A DNA stretch of 53,475 nucleotides from Candidatus Fimimonas sp. (GCA_045644945.1 JAZRHU010000016.1:1-53475); one strand, 5' to 3'; shown: positions 7,698 through 18,176, numbered from the stretch's first letter. The notes: generated by a model not told the origin, from the sequence alone. Program-made: numbers and translations.

Positions 7698-9599
7698 TTG
7701 AAGCTTAAACATATTGGCAATTTCAATACCATCGATGCCTTTGTTTCTGACAAGATCGAGCGTGCAAGCGGTTGCGAAAAGTCTTTTGGACAACTATTTG
7801 AGCTTATGTTTGAACAAACAGACAACGTTTTTTGCGAGATGACAAGTGGTTACCGCATACAACAAGTTACCTATGGTCAGTGCAAACAGCAAATTGTCGA
7901 GTTGGCTCAAAAACTAAAAACATCCCTTGCTGATTTGCCATGTGGCGCAACAGTTGGTTTGCAAATGGACAATGGCGTTGGATTTGTGCAAAGCTTTTGG
8001 GCGATTTTGATGTGTGGATTCAATCCTTTGCTCATCAACTTGCGCTTGCCACAAAATTTGTTGGAGCGTGCGCTTGCCGATGCAAAAGTTCAAGCAATTG
8101 TTGCGTGCGAGGCAACACCTATTTTGCGCACCGTCACATTGGACAGTTTGCAAAATCAACCCCCAACACAACTAACCGAGTGGGGTAGCCATGTTGTGTT
8201 CACGTCCTCTGGCACAAGCGACAATGTAAAGTTGTGCTACTACAATGCGGAAAACTTTTTTTACCAAATTTCCACAAGTTTCGATATCATCAAAGCCTGC
8301 CCACAAATAGTTTCCAACTACGAAGGGGAAATCAAGTTGCTAGCATTGCTACCATTGTACCACGTGTTTGGCTTTATTGCCGTGTACTTGTGGTTTGCAT
8401 TTTTTGGACGCACCCTCGTGTTTTTAAAAGATTTAGCACCCCAAACCCTTGTGTCTACCATACGCAAGCACAAGGTAACTCACGTGTTTGCCGTACCGAT
8501 GGTTTTTGAAAAAATCTACAAACAAGCCATCAAGACAATCAAAGGCAAAGGGGACAAGACCTACAATAAATTTTGCAAGGCACTTAGAGTTTGCAACAAA
8601 AACAAAATTTTGGGCAAATTTATTGGCAAAGTGGCCTTCAAAGAAATTCGCGAAAAGATTTTTGGTAACTCTATCCGAATGTTTATATCTGGTGGTAGCG
8701 CCATCTCTAGGGAAACCGTGCAATTTTTCAATGCGATTGGCTACTTTATGGTAAATGGCTATGGCATGACGGAAATTGGCATTACTTCGGTGGAAACATC
8801 CGCCAACCCTCTACTTCGCAACCTTTGCTCCATCGGCAAACCATTTGGAGTTGCAAGCTACAAGGTGCAAGATGGTCAGTTGTACGTCAAAAGTAGGGCG
8901 CGTGCAAGCAAAATTGTACAAGACGGCAACGCCTTGATTGCCAATTTGGACGACTGGTTTGCAACAGGCGATTGTGCTTATCAGCAAAAAGGCCGTTTCT
9001 ACATCACCGGCCGAAATGACGACCTAATCATCTCATCCGCAGGCGAAAACATCAATCCTCAAGCCATCGAGGAGTGTATCAAAGTAGATGGTGTAGTGGA
9101 AAAGTGCCTTGTCAAAGGGGATAACGGCGCAATATTGGTGGCTTGCGTAAGGGCATTTTTGTCAACCAGCCAAATTGAACGTATCGAAAGTCAAATTGTC
9201 GAAGTTCTAAAGGCGCAAGGGATTTTGAGTGAACTAGAAAAAATCATCATCACCCAAACACCTCTCACAACGGAAGACGAGTTCAAAGTTAGTCGCGAGC
9301 GTATTCGCAAACGTATTCAAAGTGGCGAAATTATCGCTTGTCAACCAAAGACTCAACAAGAGCAAGCCAACGACCTCGAACAAGAACTAATTGCAATGCT
9401 AGCCGATGTTCTAGGTACCGATGTGCAAATTCAACCAAGTTCCGACATCTTTGTCGACCTAAATGGCACAAGCTTGGACTACTTTACGTTTACCTACAAA
9501 GTTAGGGATAGATTCGAGCTTGCCGAAGACTTTTTCCAAGGTGTATCCCTTACCACCGTAAAAGAATTTGCCAACAAAATAATGGATAGTTTAAAGTAA
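7698..9599 (+). CDS. AMP-dependent synthetase/ligase fused to a C-terminal carrier (PP-binding-like) domain, 633 aa (TTG start)
   Basis: Adenylation motifs FTSSGTSDNVK, NGYGMTE and TGDCAYQQKGRFYITGRNDDLIISSAGENINP. The C-terminal ~80 aa carries DLNGTSLDYF (carrier-protein Ser motif). GGAGG RBS. Confidence 0.85.
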   Translation: MKLKHIGNFNTIDAFVSDKIERASGCEKSFGQLFELMFEQTDNVFCEMTSGYRIQQVTYGQCKQQIVELAQKLKTSLADLPCGATVGLQMDNGVGFVQSFWAILMCGFNPLLINLRLPQNLLERALADAKVQAIVACEATPILRTVTLDSLQNQPPTQLTEWGSHVVFTSSGTSDNVKLCYYNAENFFYQISTSFDIIKACPQIVSNYEGEIKLLALLPLYHVFGFIAVYLWFAFFGRTLVFLKDLAPQTLVSTIRKHKVTHVFAVPMVFEKIYKQAIKTIKGKGDKTYNKFCKALRVCNKNKILGKFIGKVAFKEIREKIFGNSIRMFISGGSAISRETVQFFNAIGYFMVNGYGMTEIGITSVETSANPLLRNLCSIGKPFGVASYKVQDGQLYVKSRARASKIVQDGNALIANLDDWFATGDCAYQQKGRFYITGRNDDLIISSAGENINPQAIEECIKVDGVVEKCLVKGDNGAILVACVRAFLSTSQIERIESQIVEVLKAQGILSELEKIIITQTPLTTEDEFKVSRERIRKRIQSGEIIACQPKTQQEQANDLEQELIAMLADVLGTDVQIQPSSDIFVDLNGTSLDYFTFTYKVRDRFELAEDFFQGVSLTTVKEFANKIMDSLK

Positions 9600-10237
9600 T
9601 GAAGAAAAAAGGTAATAAAAAAATAGGCCAATACTTTTTGTACGATTTTGTCAAAGCAACGGGCTTTTTGCCCGCATGGATTTGGCTTCGTCCCAAAATT
9701 ATACGCGAAAGCGACAAAGTGCCTAAACGTATCAAGGGTGGCGTACTGATTGCATCCAATCACGTTACCTACATCGACCCAATAATCTTACACTTGGCAT
9801 TTTTGCACCGCAGATTGCACAGCATTGCAACAAAAGACGTTGCCCAAAACAAGCTTCGCAAAATGTTCTTTACTGTGGCAAACTGCATTTTTATCGACAA
9901 ACAAAACTTTTCGATGTCAAGCCTGCGCGAAATTTGCGATCGCCTCCGAGAGGAAAAGGCCGTAGTCATTTTTCCCGAGAGTTCCGTACACGAGCAAAAT
10001 GTAGTGCGCGAGTACAAAAGTGGTGTTGTGTTGATGTCCGCACTTAGCAAAAAACCCATTTTGCCGGTGTGCATTATCAAAGGCAAAAAGAAACTTTCAC
10101 GCGTAAAGGTGGTAATTGGCGAGCCAATTGATATTGTGTCTATGTATGGGCCTATGCCCACAGCAGATCAAATAGATCAAGTTTGTCAAATGCTCAAACT
10201 CAAAACGGAAGAGTTGTTAAACAAGTACAATAACTAG
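9599..10237 (+). CDS. PlsC-family (lysophospholipid) acyltransferase, 212 aa
   Basis: HX4D motif NHVTYIDP and FPES motif. The start overlaps the upstream stop by 1 nt (TAATG). Confidence 0.8.
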   Translation: MKKKGNKKIGQYFLYDFVKATGFLPAWIWLRPKIIRESDKVPKRIKGGVLIASNHVTYIDPIILHLAFLHRRLHSIATKDVAQNKLRKMFFTVANCIFIDKQNFSMSSLREICDRLREEKAVVIFPESSVHEQNVVREYKSGVVLMSALSKKPILPVCIIKGKKKLSRVKVVIGEPIDIVSMYGPMPTADQIDQVCQMLKLKTEELLNKYNN

Positions 10238-10258
10238 CAATGTAAAAAGGGTAAGTTT

Positions 10259-11758
10259 ATGACAGAATCAGTTTTTAAAAAATACACGTCAGCAGAAAAT
10301 TGGAACAAGATTGTCGACTACGCAAACGTAACACGCATGTGGAAAGACTGCACAAGTTGCTACGCGGATTGTGTTGCGATTGTGGATAACGACACGTACA
10401 CGTATGCTCAGCTTGACGAACAAGTGGCACTTGTACGAGGACTTTTGACGGCCAATGGCATCGCTCAAGGCGACAGAGTGGGTATCTACATGCCAAACTC
10501 TGTTCACTTTGCAATTTCCTACTTGGCAGTAACAACACTTGGTGCGGTTGCAGTGTTGTTGCCTCCACATCTCGATCAAAACGCATTGTTTGGTTGCTCG
10601 TTTAAGTATCAACTAAAGGGTTTGTTCTACCATTCGACATTGGCAGACAAATTGCCATTGCTACAAAACAACAATCCTTCAGTTTTGCTTTGGAACGAGT
10701 GCGATCGTGCACAATTACCCGCCCCTGCTGTGGACGTTGATGGAAGTGCGCCATGCACAGTCATCTTTACCGGTGGCACAACAGGCAAAAACAAAGGCGC
10801 ATTGCTATCCCATCAAGCAGTTATGCGCGGTGTAAAAAATGGGTGCTATGGCACAAGCGATGTGTTTGGTCTTAGATATCTACTCATTTTGCCTCTAACA
10901 CACGTATTTGGTCTAATTCGCAACCTCCTAACAAGTTTCTACACAGGTAGCACCTTGTTTATTTGCAAAAATAACAAGGACATGTTCCGTGATATTGCAA
11001 TGTTCAAGCCAACAATTTTGGTGCTTGTTCCAGCGCTTGCGGAAATGGCCCTCAACCTGTCTAAACAATTTGGAAAAAACATGTTGGGCCCCGACCTTAA
11101 AACCATCATCTGTGGTGCGGCAACAGTCAATCCCTACCTTGTAAAGGAGTACCAAAAGTTTGGTATCACACTTTTGCCTGGCTACGGCCTTACCGAAAGT
11201 GCCAACCTTGTAAGTGGCAACCCTCGTAGTTTGGAAAAACCCGAGTCGGTTGGCTACATCTACGATGGTATCGACTACAAAATTGTAGATGGCGAGTTGT
11301 GGATCAAGGGCATCAACGTTATGGATTGCTACATCGACGAGCCACAGGAAAATCAAATGTCCTTTGAGGATGGCTACTTCAAAACGGGCGACCTTGTTCG
11401 TTTGGACGAGGATGGCATGCTCTACATTGTTGGTCGCATCAAGGAAGTGATAGTTCTTCCAAGTGGCGAAAAGGTTTCCCCTGCGGAAGTGGAGTGCGCC
11501 TTCAACGAGTTGGAAGAGGTTCAAGATAGCCTTGTTTACCTAAACGAGGATGGAACTCTCACCCTGGAAATTTTGCCAAGAGCCGTTGTAATGGCAACAG
11601 TTTCTGGCGACAAAAACGCACACCTAAAAGAACAAATCGACATGGTCAACAACAAGTTGCCATCCTTTATGAGAATTAGCAAAATCGTAGTACGTACCTC
11701 CGATTTTGTACGTTCTCCCAGTATGAAAATAGTGAGAAATAACAATGCAAAGAAGTGA
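10259..11758 (+). CDS. AMP-dependent acyl-CoA/acyl-ACP synthetase-like ligase, 499 aa
   Basis: FTGGTTGKNKG, PGYGLTES and TGDLVRLDEDGMLYIVGRIKEVIVLPSGEKVSPAEVE. Confidence 0.85.
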   Translation: MTESVFKKYTSAENWNKIVDYANVTRMWKDCTSCYADCVAIVDNDTYTYAQLDEQVALVRGLLTANGIAQGDRVGIYMPNSVHFAISYLAVTTLGAVAVLLPPHLDQNALFGCSFKYQLKGLFYHSTLADKLPLLQNNNPSVLLWNECDRAQLPAPAVDVDGSAPCTVIFTGGTTGKNKGALLSHQAVMRGVKNGCYGTSDVFGLRYLLILPLTHVFGLIRNLLTSFYTGSTLFICKNNKDMFRDIAMFKPTILVLVPALAEMALNLSKQFGKNMLGPDLKTIICGAATVNPYLVKEYQKFGITLLPGYGLTESANLVSGNPRSLEKPESVGYIYDGIDYKIVDGELWIKGINVMDCYIDEPQENQMSFEDGYFKTGDLVRLDEDGMLYIVGRIKEVIVLPSGEKVSPAEVECAFNELEEVQDSLVYLNEDGTLTLEILPRAVVMATVSGDKNAHLKEQIDMVNNKLPSFMRISKIVVRTSDFVRSPSMKIVRNNNAKK

Positions 11759-11993
11759 AATCAGACAAAAACTAAATGACATTTTTGCCCTTACTGTAAA
11801 GGGTGCTCAAAACGTTGCAGATATCGACGAAAACTGCAACCTTGTAACAGACTTGGGGCTAAACTCCATTGGATTGCTTTACACAGTAATTGCCATCGAG
11901 GAGTTTTTTAACATGCGCTTTGACGATTTGTCATTTGGCGATTTGCAAACTGTCAAGGATGTTATTGACTACATTCAATCCAAGGTCGACTAA
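11745..11993 (+). CDS. Stand-alone acyl carrier protein, 82 aa
   Basis: DLGLNSIGLLYTVIAIEEFF carrier-protein helix II with the Ser attachment site. Overlaps the upstream gene by 14 nt. Confidence 0.8.
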   Translation: MQRSEIRQKLNDIFALTVKGAQNVADIDENCNLVTDLGLNSIGLLYTVIAIEEFFNMRFDDLSFGDLQTVKDVIDYIQSKVD

Positions 11994-12997
11994 TGAAGTG
12001 GGACTACAACCAACCACAAAGTGGTGATGCAGTAAGGGTAAAGCTTGGCGAAATCTATCACTACGGCATTTTTGTATCTTTGGACGAAGTCATTCAATTT
12101 GGCCTTGCCCCCAACCTAAATGTCAACATCAAAAGCCAAGATATTGCCGTTTGCACATCCACTATCGAGGAGTTTGCGCAAGGCGGTTTTGTGGAACGTG
12201 GCATTGCGGAAAAGGCCGATGGCAAAAAGCGCAACGCTAAACAAATCATCAAATTTGCTAGGAGCAAACTAGGTCAAAAGGGTTACAACATCATTCACAA
12301 CAACTGCGAGCATTTTGTCTACGAATGCATTTTTGGTGTCAAAAAGTGTAGCCAAACAGACCAAGTTCGACAATTCTTTTTGTCTATCCCCATTTGTCAC
12401 GTCTACACAGCAAAAATTCCTCAAGATATCACAATTTTGCCACTTGCTTGCATCGAGCGCACCAAGGAAATTGATTCCGTTTCCCATCCTCAAGTCAAAT
12501 TGGAAAAGTACTGCGTATGGAAGTTGTTGGAGTACGCGCTAAACAAGTCCTTTGGCTACAAGGCGCAAGACATGCTTTTCGAAAAGTCCAAAGGCAAGTG
12601 GAAAACTTCCAATTGCTTTTTCTCCCTATCCCACAGTAACGGTGTGGTTGCATGTGCCGTATCTCGCCGGGAAGTTGGTGTCGATATCGAGTTGATTGAT
12701 GCATCTCGTACCAATGCGATAATGCGCGTGCTAAACGCTTCCGAAAAGGAAAAAATCAAAGGCCTTGATGGTGTTGAGTTGGATAGTGCACTTGTTGCCA
12801 TTTGGTCGCAAAAGGAAAGTATCTTCAAAACACTAGATAGCAAGCATTTTGTGCCAAACAAAGTGGATACCACCGGTCAAAACGTAACAAGCAAAATTAT
12901 CGATGTGGACGGCAAGCAGTATGTTTTGTCTACTGCAACCCCATTTGTGGAAAAAATCCGCTATTTCGAAGAGGTCGATTTGCAAAACTTGGTTTAA
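11993..12997 (+). CDS. Fusion of an LRAT/NlpC-P60-like domain and a 4'-phosphopantetheinyl transferase, 334 aa
   Basis: The N-terminal HYGIF ... NNCEHFVYE pair matches the His and Cys boxes of LRAT/PLAAT-type thiol acyltransferases. The C-terminal GVDIE and WSQKESIFK match Sfp/AcpS-type PPTase motifs. 1-nt stop/start overlap with the ACP gene. Confidence 0.75.
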   Translation: MKWDYNQPQSGDAVRVKLGEIYHYGIFVSLDEVIQFGLAPNLNVNIKSQDIAVCTSTIEEFAQGGFVERGIAEKADGKKRNAKQIIKFARSKLGQKGYNIIHNNCEHFVYECIFGVKKCSQTDQVRQFFLSIPICHVYTAKIPQDITILPLACIERTKEIDSVSHPQVKLEKYCVWKLLEYALNKSFGYKAQDMLFEKSKGKWKTSNCFFSLSHSNGVVACAVSRREVGVDIELIDASRTNAIMRVLNASEKEKIKGLDGVELDSALVAIWSQKESIFKTLDSKHFVPNKVDTTGQNVTSKIIDVDGKQYVLSTATPFVEKIRYFEEVDLQNLV

Positions 12998-13025
12998 ATT
13001 TGTATAACTTGTCAACACAAAAGGT

Positions 13026-14054
13026 ATGATGGATTTCATGCCTTTTTTTCTTGTCCTAGTGGTAATTTGTTGTGGTCTAAACGCCATTGCATCGCTAGTT
13101 TATCTGTTGTTATTCCGCCGAAAGAACCGCCCCAACTATGCCCTTCAACCGGGCGAATATTGTGTGGAAAAAATGCAAAATTGTCCCTGCAGACAAGAGT
13201 TTTACTATCTTGCAGGCCACTCTACTCTAAAGGGATACTACTACCCATCTACGACCCAAAAACTAGTGGTGCTGGTGCACGGATTTCGTTCCGGTGCGGA
13301 CGATTTTTTGCCACTAACTAGGTCGCTTGTCAACAATGGTTTTTGTGTTTTTGCCTTTGATGCGACAGGAACCTACGACTCCAAAGGTGGGTCTCTTGTA
13401 GGCATGTGCCAGACGTTGGTTGACTTGGACAACACACTAAAATTCATTCAAACAACTCCGCTAAACAAGCACCAATTGTACCTTATTGGACACAGTTTGG
13501 GCGGGTATGCTGTGCTTTCCGCGTTGCAACTGCACCCCAACATAAAGGGCTGTGTTGCCCTTGCTCCGGTGTGCGATGCCACCAAAATATTCGTGCAAAA
13601 AGCACGCCAGTACATTGGCGTGCTAGCAACAATTTGTCAGCCAATTTTCGATACAATCCAAAGGATAACTTTTGGCAAGTATGTCAACTGCAACAGCATC
13701 AACGGCATCAATTCTACGACTGCCCCGGTGCTAATTGTGCAGGGCACAAAGGACAAGGTTGTCCCACCAAATACCATATCGGTTACCGCGTACAAATCAC
13801 AAATTGCAAATCCCAATGTTTGTTTTTGCCAAGTGGAAGGCGTCTTTGGCGGTCATAGCAATGTGTGGCACTCGCGTGAGTCTGTCGAGTACAAAAACGC
13901 CGTTGTCAAATGTGCCAAACGCATCAAAAGTCGCACAATGCGCAACAGTCAAAAACTTGCAAGCTACTACCAAAAGGTGGATGATGCTTTGTACAGCCAA
14001 GTAGACAACAATCTCGTAGAAAAAATAGTGGAAACGTTTTCAAAAGCCCTCTAA
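13026..14054 (+). CDS. Membrane-anchored alpha/beta hydrolase, 342 aa
   Basis: N-terminal hydrophobic helix, nucleophile elbow GHSLGG, VLVHGF oxyanion region. Confidence 0.8.
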   Translation: MMDFMPFFLVLVVICCGLNAIASLVYLLLFRRKNRPNYALQPGEYCVEKMQNCPCRQEFYYLAGHSTLKGYYYPSTTQKLVVLVHGFRSGADDFLPLTRSLVNNGFCVFAFDATGTYDSKGGSLVGMCQTLVDLDNTLKFIQTTPLNKHQLYLIGHSLGGYAVLSALQLHPNIKGCVALAPVCDATKIFVQKARQYIGVLATICQPIFDTIQRITFGKYVNCNSINGINSTTAPVLIVQGTKDKVVPPNTISVTAYKSQIANPNVCFCQVEGVFGGHSNVWHSRESVEYKNAVVKCAKRIKSRTMRNSQKLASYYQKVDDALYSQVDNNLVEKIVETFSKAL

Positions 14055-14131
14055 AATGATGGCTTTTTTCTTTTTTATGCGTCCATATCACGATTTGGGG
14101 CGCAATTAATATCGGAATTCTTCCAATTTAC

Positions 14132-14160
14132 TTTACAAGCCATTTTTTGTGTGCTAAAAT
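14132..14160 (+). promoter_or_regulatory. Putative promoter for the degV-fakA operon
   Basis: TTTACA (14132-14137), 17-nt spacer, then TAAAAT (14155-14160). Confidence 0.45.
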
Positions 14161-14213
14161 GTTATACTAGAAAAGTATATTTTTTAGTATAAAAAATAAA
14201 GAGGATTAAATTT

Positions 14214-15146
14214 ATGGAAAAATTTGTAATTTTGCCCGATGTAACTTGCGATTTGGGTCCCGAAATTAGAGAGTTTTTTGGCTTGACAGACTATGTGCCT
14301 GGCTATGTAAATATCGATGGAAGAGAAATCAAAGTTGATTTGGATTGGCAATGCATTTCTCGAAATGAATTTTACAAAACATTGATGGACAAAAAGGTAA
14401 AAGTTACTAGTGCATCAGCTAGCCCCGAAGAGTTTTACCAAGCGTTCAAAAAATACACAGATCAAGGATATGCCGTTTTGAGCATGACTCTTTCCTCCAA
14501 GATCAGCGTAACATACAATGTGGCATGTGGTGCAAGAGACAGACTTTTGCAAGAGTGCCCCAATGCCAAGGTGTACTGCTTGGATTCTTTGAGAATGTCC
14601 GGCTCTTTTGGCTTGCTTGTTGCCTATGCTTTGCAACTTCAACAACAAGGCAAAAGCTTCGAGGAAGTTATTGCTTGGTTGGAGCAAAACAAAGTCAAAG
14701 TTCACCAAATGGGCCCCATTGATGACCTCAGATTTATCGCTAGACGTGGCAGAATTTCCACAGGCAAGGCAATTTTCGGCAACTTGGTGGGCGTAAAACC
14801 CATGGGCGACTCCAATGCAGATGGCTACGTAACAGTTTTGTCCAAGGTAAAAGGTATCAAAAAAGCCATTTCCGCAACTGCTTTGTACCTCAAGGCAATG
14901 GCTACGGATATCGAAAATCAGTATGTATTTATCTACCACAGCGATAGGGAAGAGTTGGCTTTGGAACTAAAGAACAAGGTAGAGCAAACTGTAAACTGCA
15001 AAAAGATTTTTATTTCCGATGTTTACCCATCTTGTGGCACAAACATCGGCCCAGGTATGCTTAGTGTGTACTTTTTAGGAGAGGAAATTTCCGCCGATAG
15101 CGCAACGGAAAAACAAGCGCTTTTGGATGCAATTGCAAACAGCTAA
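14214..15146 (+). CDS. DegV family fatty-acid-binding protein (FakB-like), 310 aa
   Basis: Length and overall DegV-like sequence (ILPDVTCDL..., SSKISVTYN). It sits directly upstream of a DAK2/FakA-like gene. Confidence 0.75.
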   Translation: MEKFVILPDVTCDLGPEIREFFGLTDYVPGYVNIDGREIKVDLDWQCISRNEFYKTLMDKKVKVTSASASPEEFYQAFKKYTDQGYAVLSMTLSSKISVTYNVACGARDRLLQECPNAKVYCLDSLRMSGSFGLLVAYALQLQQQGKSFEEVIAWLEQNKVKVHQMGPIDDLRFIARRGRISTGKAIFGNLVGVKPMGDSNADGYVTVLSKVKGIKKAISATALYLKAMATDIENQYVFIYHSDREELALELKNKVEQTVNCKKIFISDVYPSCGTNIGPGMLSVYFLGEEISADSATEKQALLDAIANS

Positions 15147-15161
15147 TTGAGAGGAACACAA

Positions 15162-16790
15162 ATGATAAACACAATAACCGGCTGTACCTACCTTCAAATG
15201 GTGGAAAGCGGTATAAACAATGTTCAAAAGAACAAACAAATGCTCAACGATCTAAATGTATTCCCCGTTCCCGATGGCGATACCGGCACAAACATGGCCA
15301 TGACGCTAAAGTACGGTTTGGGCGGATTTGTCGAAAACGACAGTTTGGAGTTGGCAGCAAAAAGTTTTGCATCCTTTGCCGTGTTTGGCGCAAGGGGTAA
15401 CTCTGGTGTAATTTTGTCGCAATTCCTCAAAGGTGTTGCCGAGGGCTTTGATGGTTATCAAAGTGCCGATACATCCGTTTTCTTCAATGCATTGAAAAAA
15501 GGTTGCGAGTTTGCCTATGCATCAGTAGCCAAACCTGTCGAAGGCACAATGCTAACAGTCATTCGCGAAGCTATCGAAGCTGTCGAGCCCAAAATGCCCA
15601 TGGAAAGTTTCCAAGACCTATTGGATTTGTTCACAACCATGGCGGAGCACTCTCTTAGCGAAACTCCCAACAAATTGCCTGTACTCAAAAAGGCAGGCGT
15701 TGTGGATAGCGGTGGAGCAGGTATTGTTTGTTTCTTCGATGGCATGGCTAAGTACCTCAACGGTCAACAGGTCAATGTTCTCGAGGAGCACGACAATCAA
15801 ACAGTGGTGGACTTTTCTTCCATCAACAAGGACACTCCACTTGACTACGGCTATTGCACCGAAGGATTGATTCAGCTAAAAATTGATGTTTCCGATTTCC
15901 AAATCGAGGAGTTCCGTCAAGAACTTTCCCATTTGGGCACATCGGTGGTTTGCACCTTGGAGGTGGACAAAGTCAAAATGCATGTCCACACCAAAAAGTT
16001 AGACAAAGTTTTCCGTTTTTGCCAAAAGTTTGGCGAGTTTTTGACCATCAAGATTGAAAATATGAGTGTTCAAAAACTGCAAAACAAGGCGGAGGAAACT
16101 CGCAAGTTCTTGGTTAGCGAACAAATGGGTAGCAATTTTAACATCGTTGCTGTTGCTTCCAACCCCTACCTGCAAAAAGAGTTTGTCAACATGGGTGCAG
16201 ACGTTGTTATCATGAGCGAAATTACCCCCGCCTCACAAGACTACATCGATGCTTTTTCGCACACAAACGCCAAGGAAATTTTGGTGTTCCCCAATGGATC
16301 AAATGCTATTTTGACAGCCATTCAAGCGGGCGGTTTGGTGCGTGACAAAAAAATCACCGTTCTCAACAGCCGTTCCATGGCCGAGTGTATGTTGGCTTTG
16401 CCCGTAATCGACTTTGATGGCACAGTTGACGACGCATTTGATTCGGCAAATCAAGTAATCAACAATTGTTCCAAAGCTTTTGTTTACCATGCCGTAAAGG
16501 AAATCACTTTCGGCAAAGACCAAGTTCGCAAAAACGACTTCTTCTCCATGGCAAACAGCAAGCAAATCATCACCATCCAAGAAACTTTGGACAAAGCCGT
16601 TTTGGAAACGGTAAAAATTGTACTCAACCAAAGGGAAGCAAGTCTAATCACCATTTTCTATGGCGATGGTATGGCAGAGGAGTACATCGACTATCTGTCC
16701 GAAAAAATCACATCGCTTGGCTTGGATGTGGAAATCAACACCGTTTGCACAATGGAAAGTTTCTACAGTATTGTGCTAACGTTCGAGTAA
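15162..16790 (+). CDS. fakA: DAK2-domain fusion protein, YloV/FakA family (fatty acid kinase subunit)
   Basis: LNVFPVPDGDTGTNMAMT and GARGNSGVILSQ are DAK2 motifs, and about 540 aa is the YloV length. Start set to ATG 15162 (GAGAGGAA RBS) rather than TTG 15147. Confidence 0.75.
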   Translation: MINTITGCTYLQMVESGINNVQKNKQMLNDLNVFPVPDGDTGTNMAMTLKYGLGGFVENDSLELAAKSFASFAVFGARGNSGVILSQFLKGVAEGFDGYQSADTSVFFNALKKGCEFAYASVAKPVEGTMLTVIREAIEAVEPKMPMESFQDLLDLFTTMAEHSLSETPNKLPVLKKAGVVDSGGAGIVCFFDGMAKYLNGQQVNVLEEHDNQTVVDFSSINKDTPLDYGYCTEGLIQLKIDVSDFQIEEFRQELSHLGTSVVCTLEVDKVKMHVHTKKLDKVFRFCQKFGEFLTIKIENMSVQKLQNKAEETRKFLVSEQMGSNFNIVAVASNPYLQKEFVNMGADVVIMSEITPASQDYIDAFSHTNAKEILVFPNGSNAILTAIQAGGLVRDKKITVLNSRSMAECMLALPVIDFDGTVDDAFDSANQVINNCSKAFVYHAVKEITFGKDQVRKNDFFSMANSKQIITIQETLDKAVLETVKIVLNQREASLITIFYGDGMAEEYIDYLSEKITSLGLDVEINTVCTMESFYSIVLTFE

Positions 16791-16808
16791 TACCAAAGGA
16801 GAAATATT

Positions 16809-18176
16809 ATGCAAAAGATCACTAGCAGAAAAAAACTCACACTGTACGGATGTGCTGGTATGGGTGTAAACATGCTCAACATCATCATGGGTTCCTACCT
16901 TTGTAGCGCTTTGTTGGTAGGTGGCTTCGAAAGCAAAATCGAGTCCTGGACATATCTTGGCAAAGACCTTGTTGTTGCCGGTTTGTGGGCTGTGTTTGTA
17001 TTTATTGCAAAGGCATTGGATGGTATCATCGACCTTCCATTTGCTACTCTTGCCGACAAAATGAAAACAAAATTGGGCCGTCGTAAGACTGCAATTTTGG
17101 TAGGTTTTATCCCAATGATTGTTGCTTACTTGTTGTTCCTTGTGCCAATCAACCCCTACGAGTCCATTGGCAACACCATTTGGTTTGGCCTTTTGCTTTG
17201 CATTTTCTATGCATTCTACACATTGACCATGCTCACTTACTACGCAACTTTTGCCGAAGTGTGCAAGGACGAAAGAGACATGATCTACCTATCCAATGTC
17301 AAGTCAATTTTGGACGTTGTGTACTTTAGCTTGGGCTTTGCGCTTTTGCCAGTATTCATCAGCATGGATATCAACATTCGTATTGTTGCGCTCATTTTCT
17401 TGCCACTTTCTTTGACTATGCTCATTCCAATGTTCATGCTCAAGGAAGGCCAACAGGAAGGTCAACAAGAAATTCGCACACTTACACTTGGTCGTGCACT
17501 CAAATGCTCCTTTAGCAACAAAAACTACATCTTCTGGTTGTTTACTATTTCTGTATCCACCATTGGTTTGCAATTGTTCCTTGGTGGTATCAACGAAGTG
17601 TTCTCTACAACAGGCCTAAACATGACCTTTGTTATGGCTTCCTCCTTCGCTCCGGTACCATTCACACTCATTTTGTATAACAAAGTAGTCAAAAAGTATG
17701 GTATCGCAACGGCATACAGATACTCTTTGATAATCTTCTCCCTCGGCATGATCATCATGTTCTTGTGTTGTATGTTCCACGCTCAAATGCAACCACTCCA
17801 CTTGAACTTGATTGCTATTTTGGGCGGTATCTTTGTATCCTTCTCCCTCGGTTCATTCTTCTCCATCACATACACCGTACCAACAACTTTGGCCAATCGC
17901 GAGTTCGAAAAAACAGGCAATGGTGTGTCCGGCATGTACTTTGCCGTTCAAGGTTTGTTCGAAGGTATCGCAGCAGGTATCGCAACAGGCCTAATCTTGG
18001 TAACACTCAAAAAGTACGATGTAATTCAGTTGTTGCCAATCATCGCTTGTGTTGCTTGCGGTATCACATTTGTAATGACAATGTTCTTCCCCAAGGAACT
18101 TTCCACAATTGGTAAGGTGCAAGCAGATTGCCAACTTCAATCACCATCCGAGCCACAAACGGATTCTATCAACTAA
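16809..18176 (+). CDS. MFS transporter (MFS_2/GPH-like), 455 aa
   Basis: About 12 hydrophobic helices. The conserved DGIIDLPFATLADK loop after TM2 is typical of the GPH/MFS_2 group. Confidence 0.75.
   Translation: MQKITSRKKLTLYGCAGMGVNMLNIIMGSYLCSALLVGGFESKIESWTYLGKDLVVAGLWAVFVFIAKALDGIIDLPFATLADKMKTKLGRRKTAILVGFIPMIVAYLLFLVPINPYESIGNTIWFGLLLCIFYAFYTLTMLTYYATFAEVCKDERDMIYLSNVKSILDVVYFSLGFALLPVFISMDINIRIVALIFLPLSLTMLIPMFMLKEGQQEGQQEIRTLTLGRALKCSFSNKNYIFWLFTISVSTIGLQLFLGGINEVFSTTGLNMTFVMASSFAPVPFTLILYNKVVKKYGIATAYRYSLIIFSLGMIIMFLCCMFHAQMQPLHLNLIAILGGIFVSFSLGSFFSITYTVPTTLANREFEKTGNGVSGMYFAVQGLFEGIAAGIATGLILVTLKKYDVIQLLPIIACVACGITFVMTMFFPKELSTIGKVQADCQLQSPSEPQTDSIN

Noticed and set aside
11745-11758. 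Alternative genetic code (TGA as Trp, as in Mollicutes).
   Set aside because: TGA functions as a stop here: the ligase ends at TGA 11756-11758 inside the overlapping ACP start region. Trp is consistently TGG in conserved motifs. Standard code 11 explains all genes.
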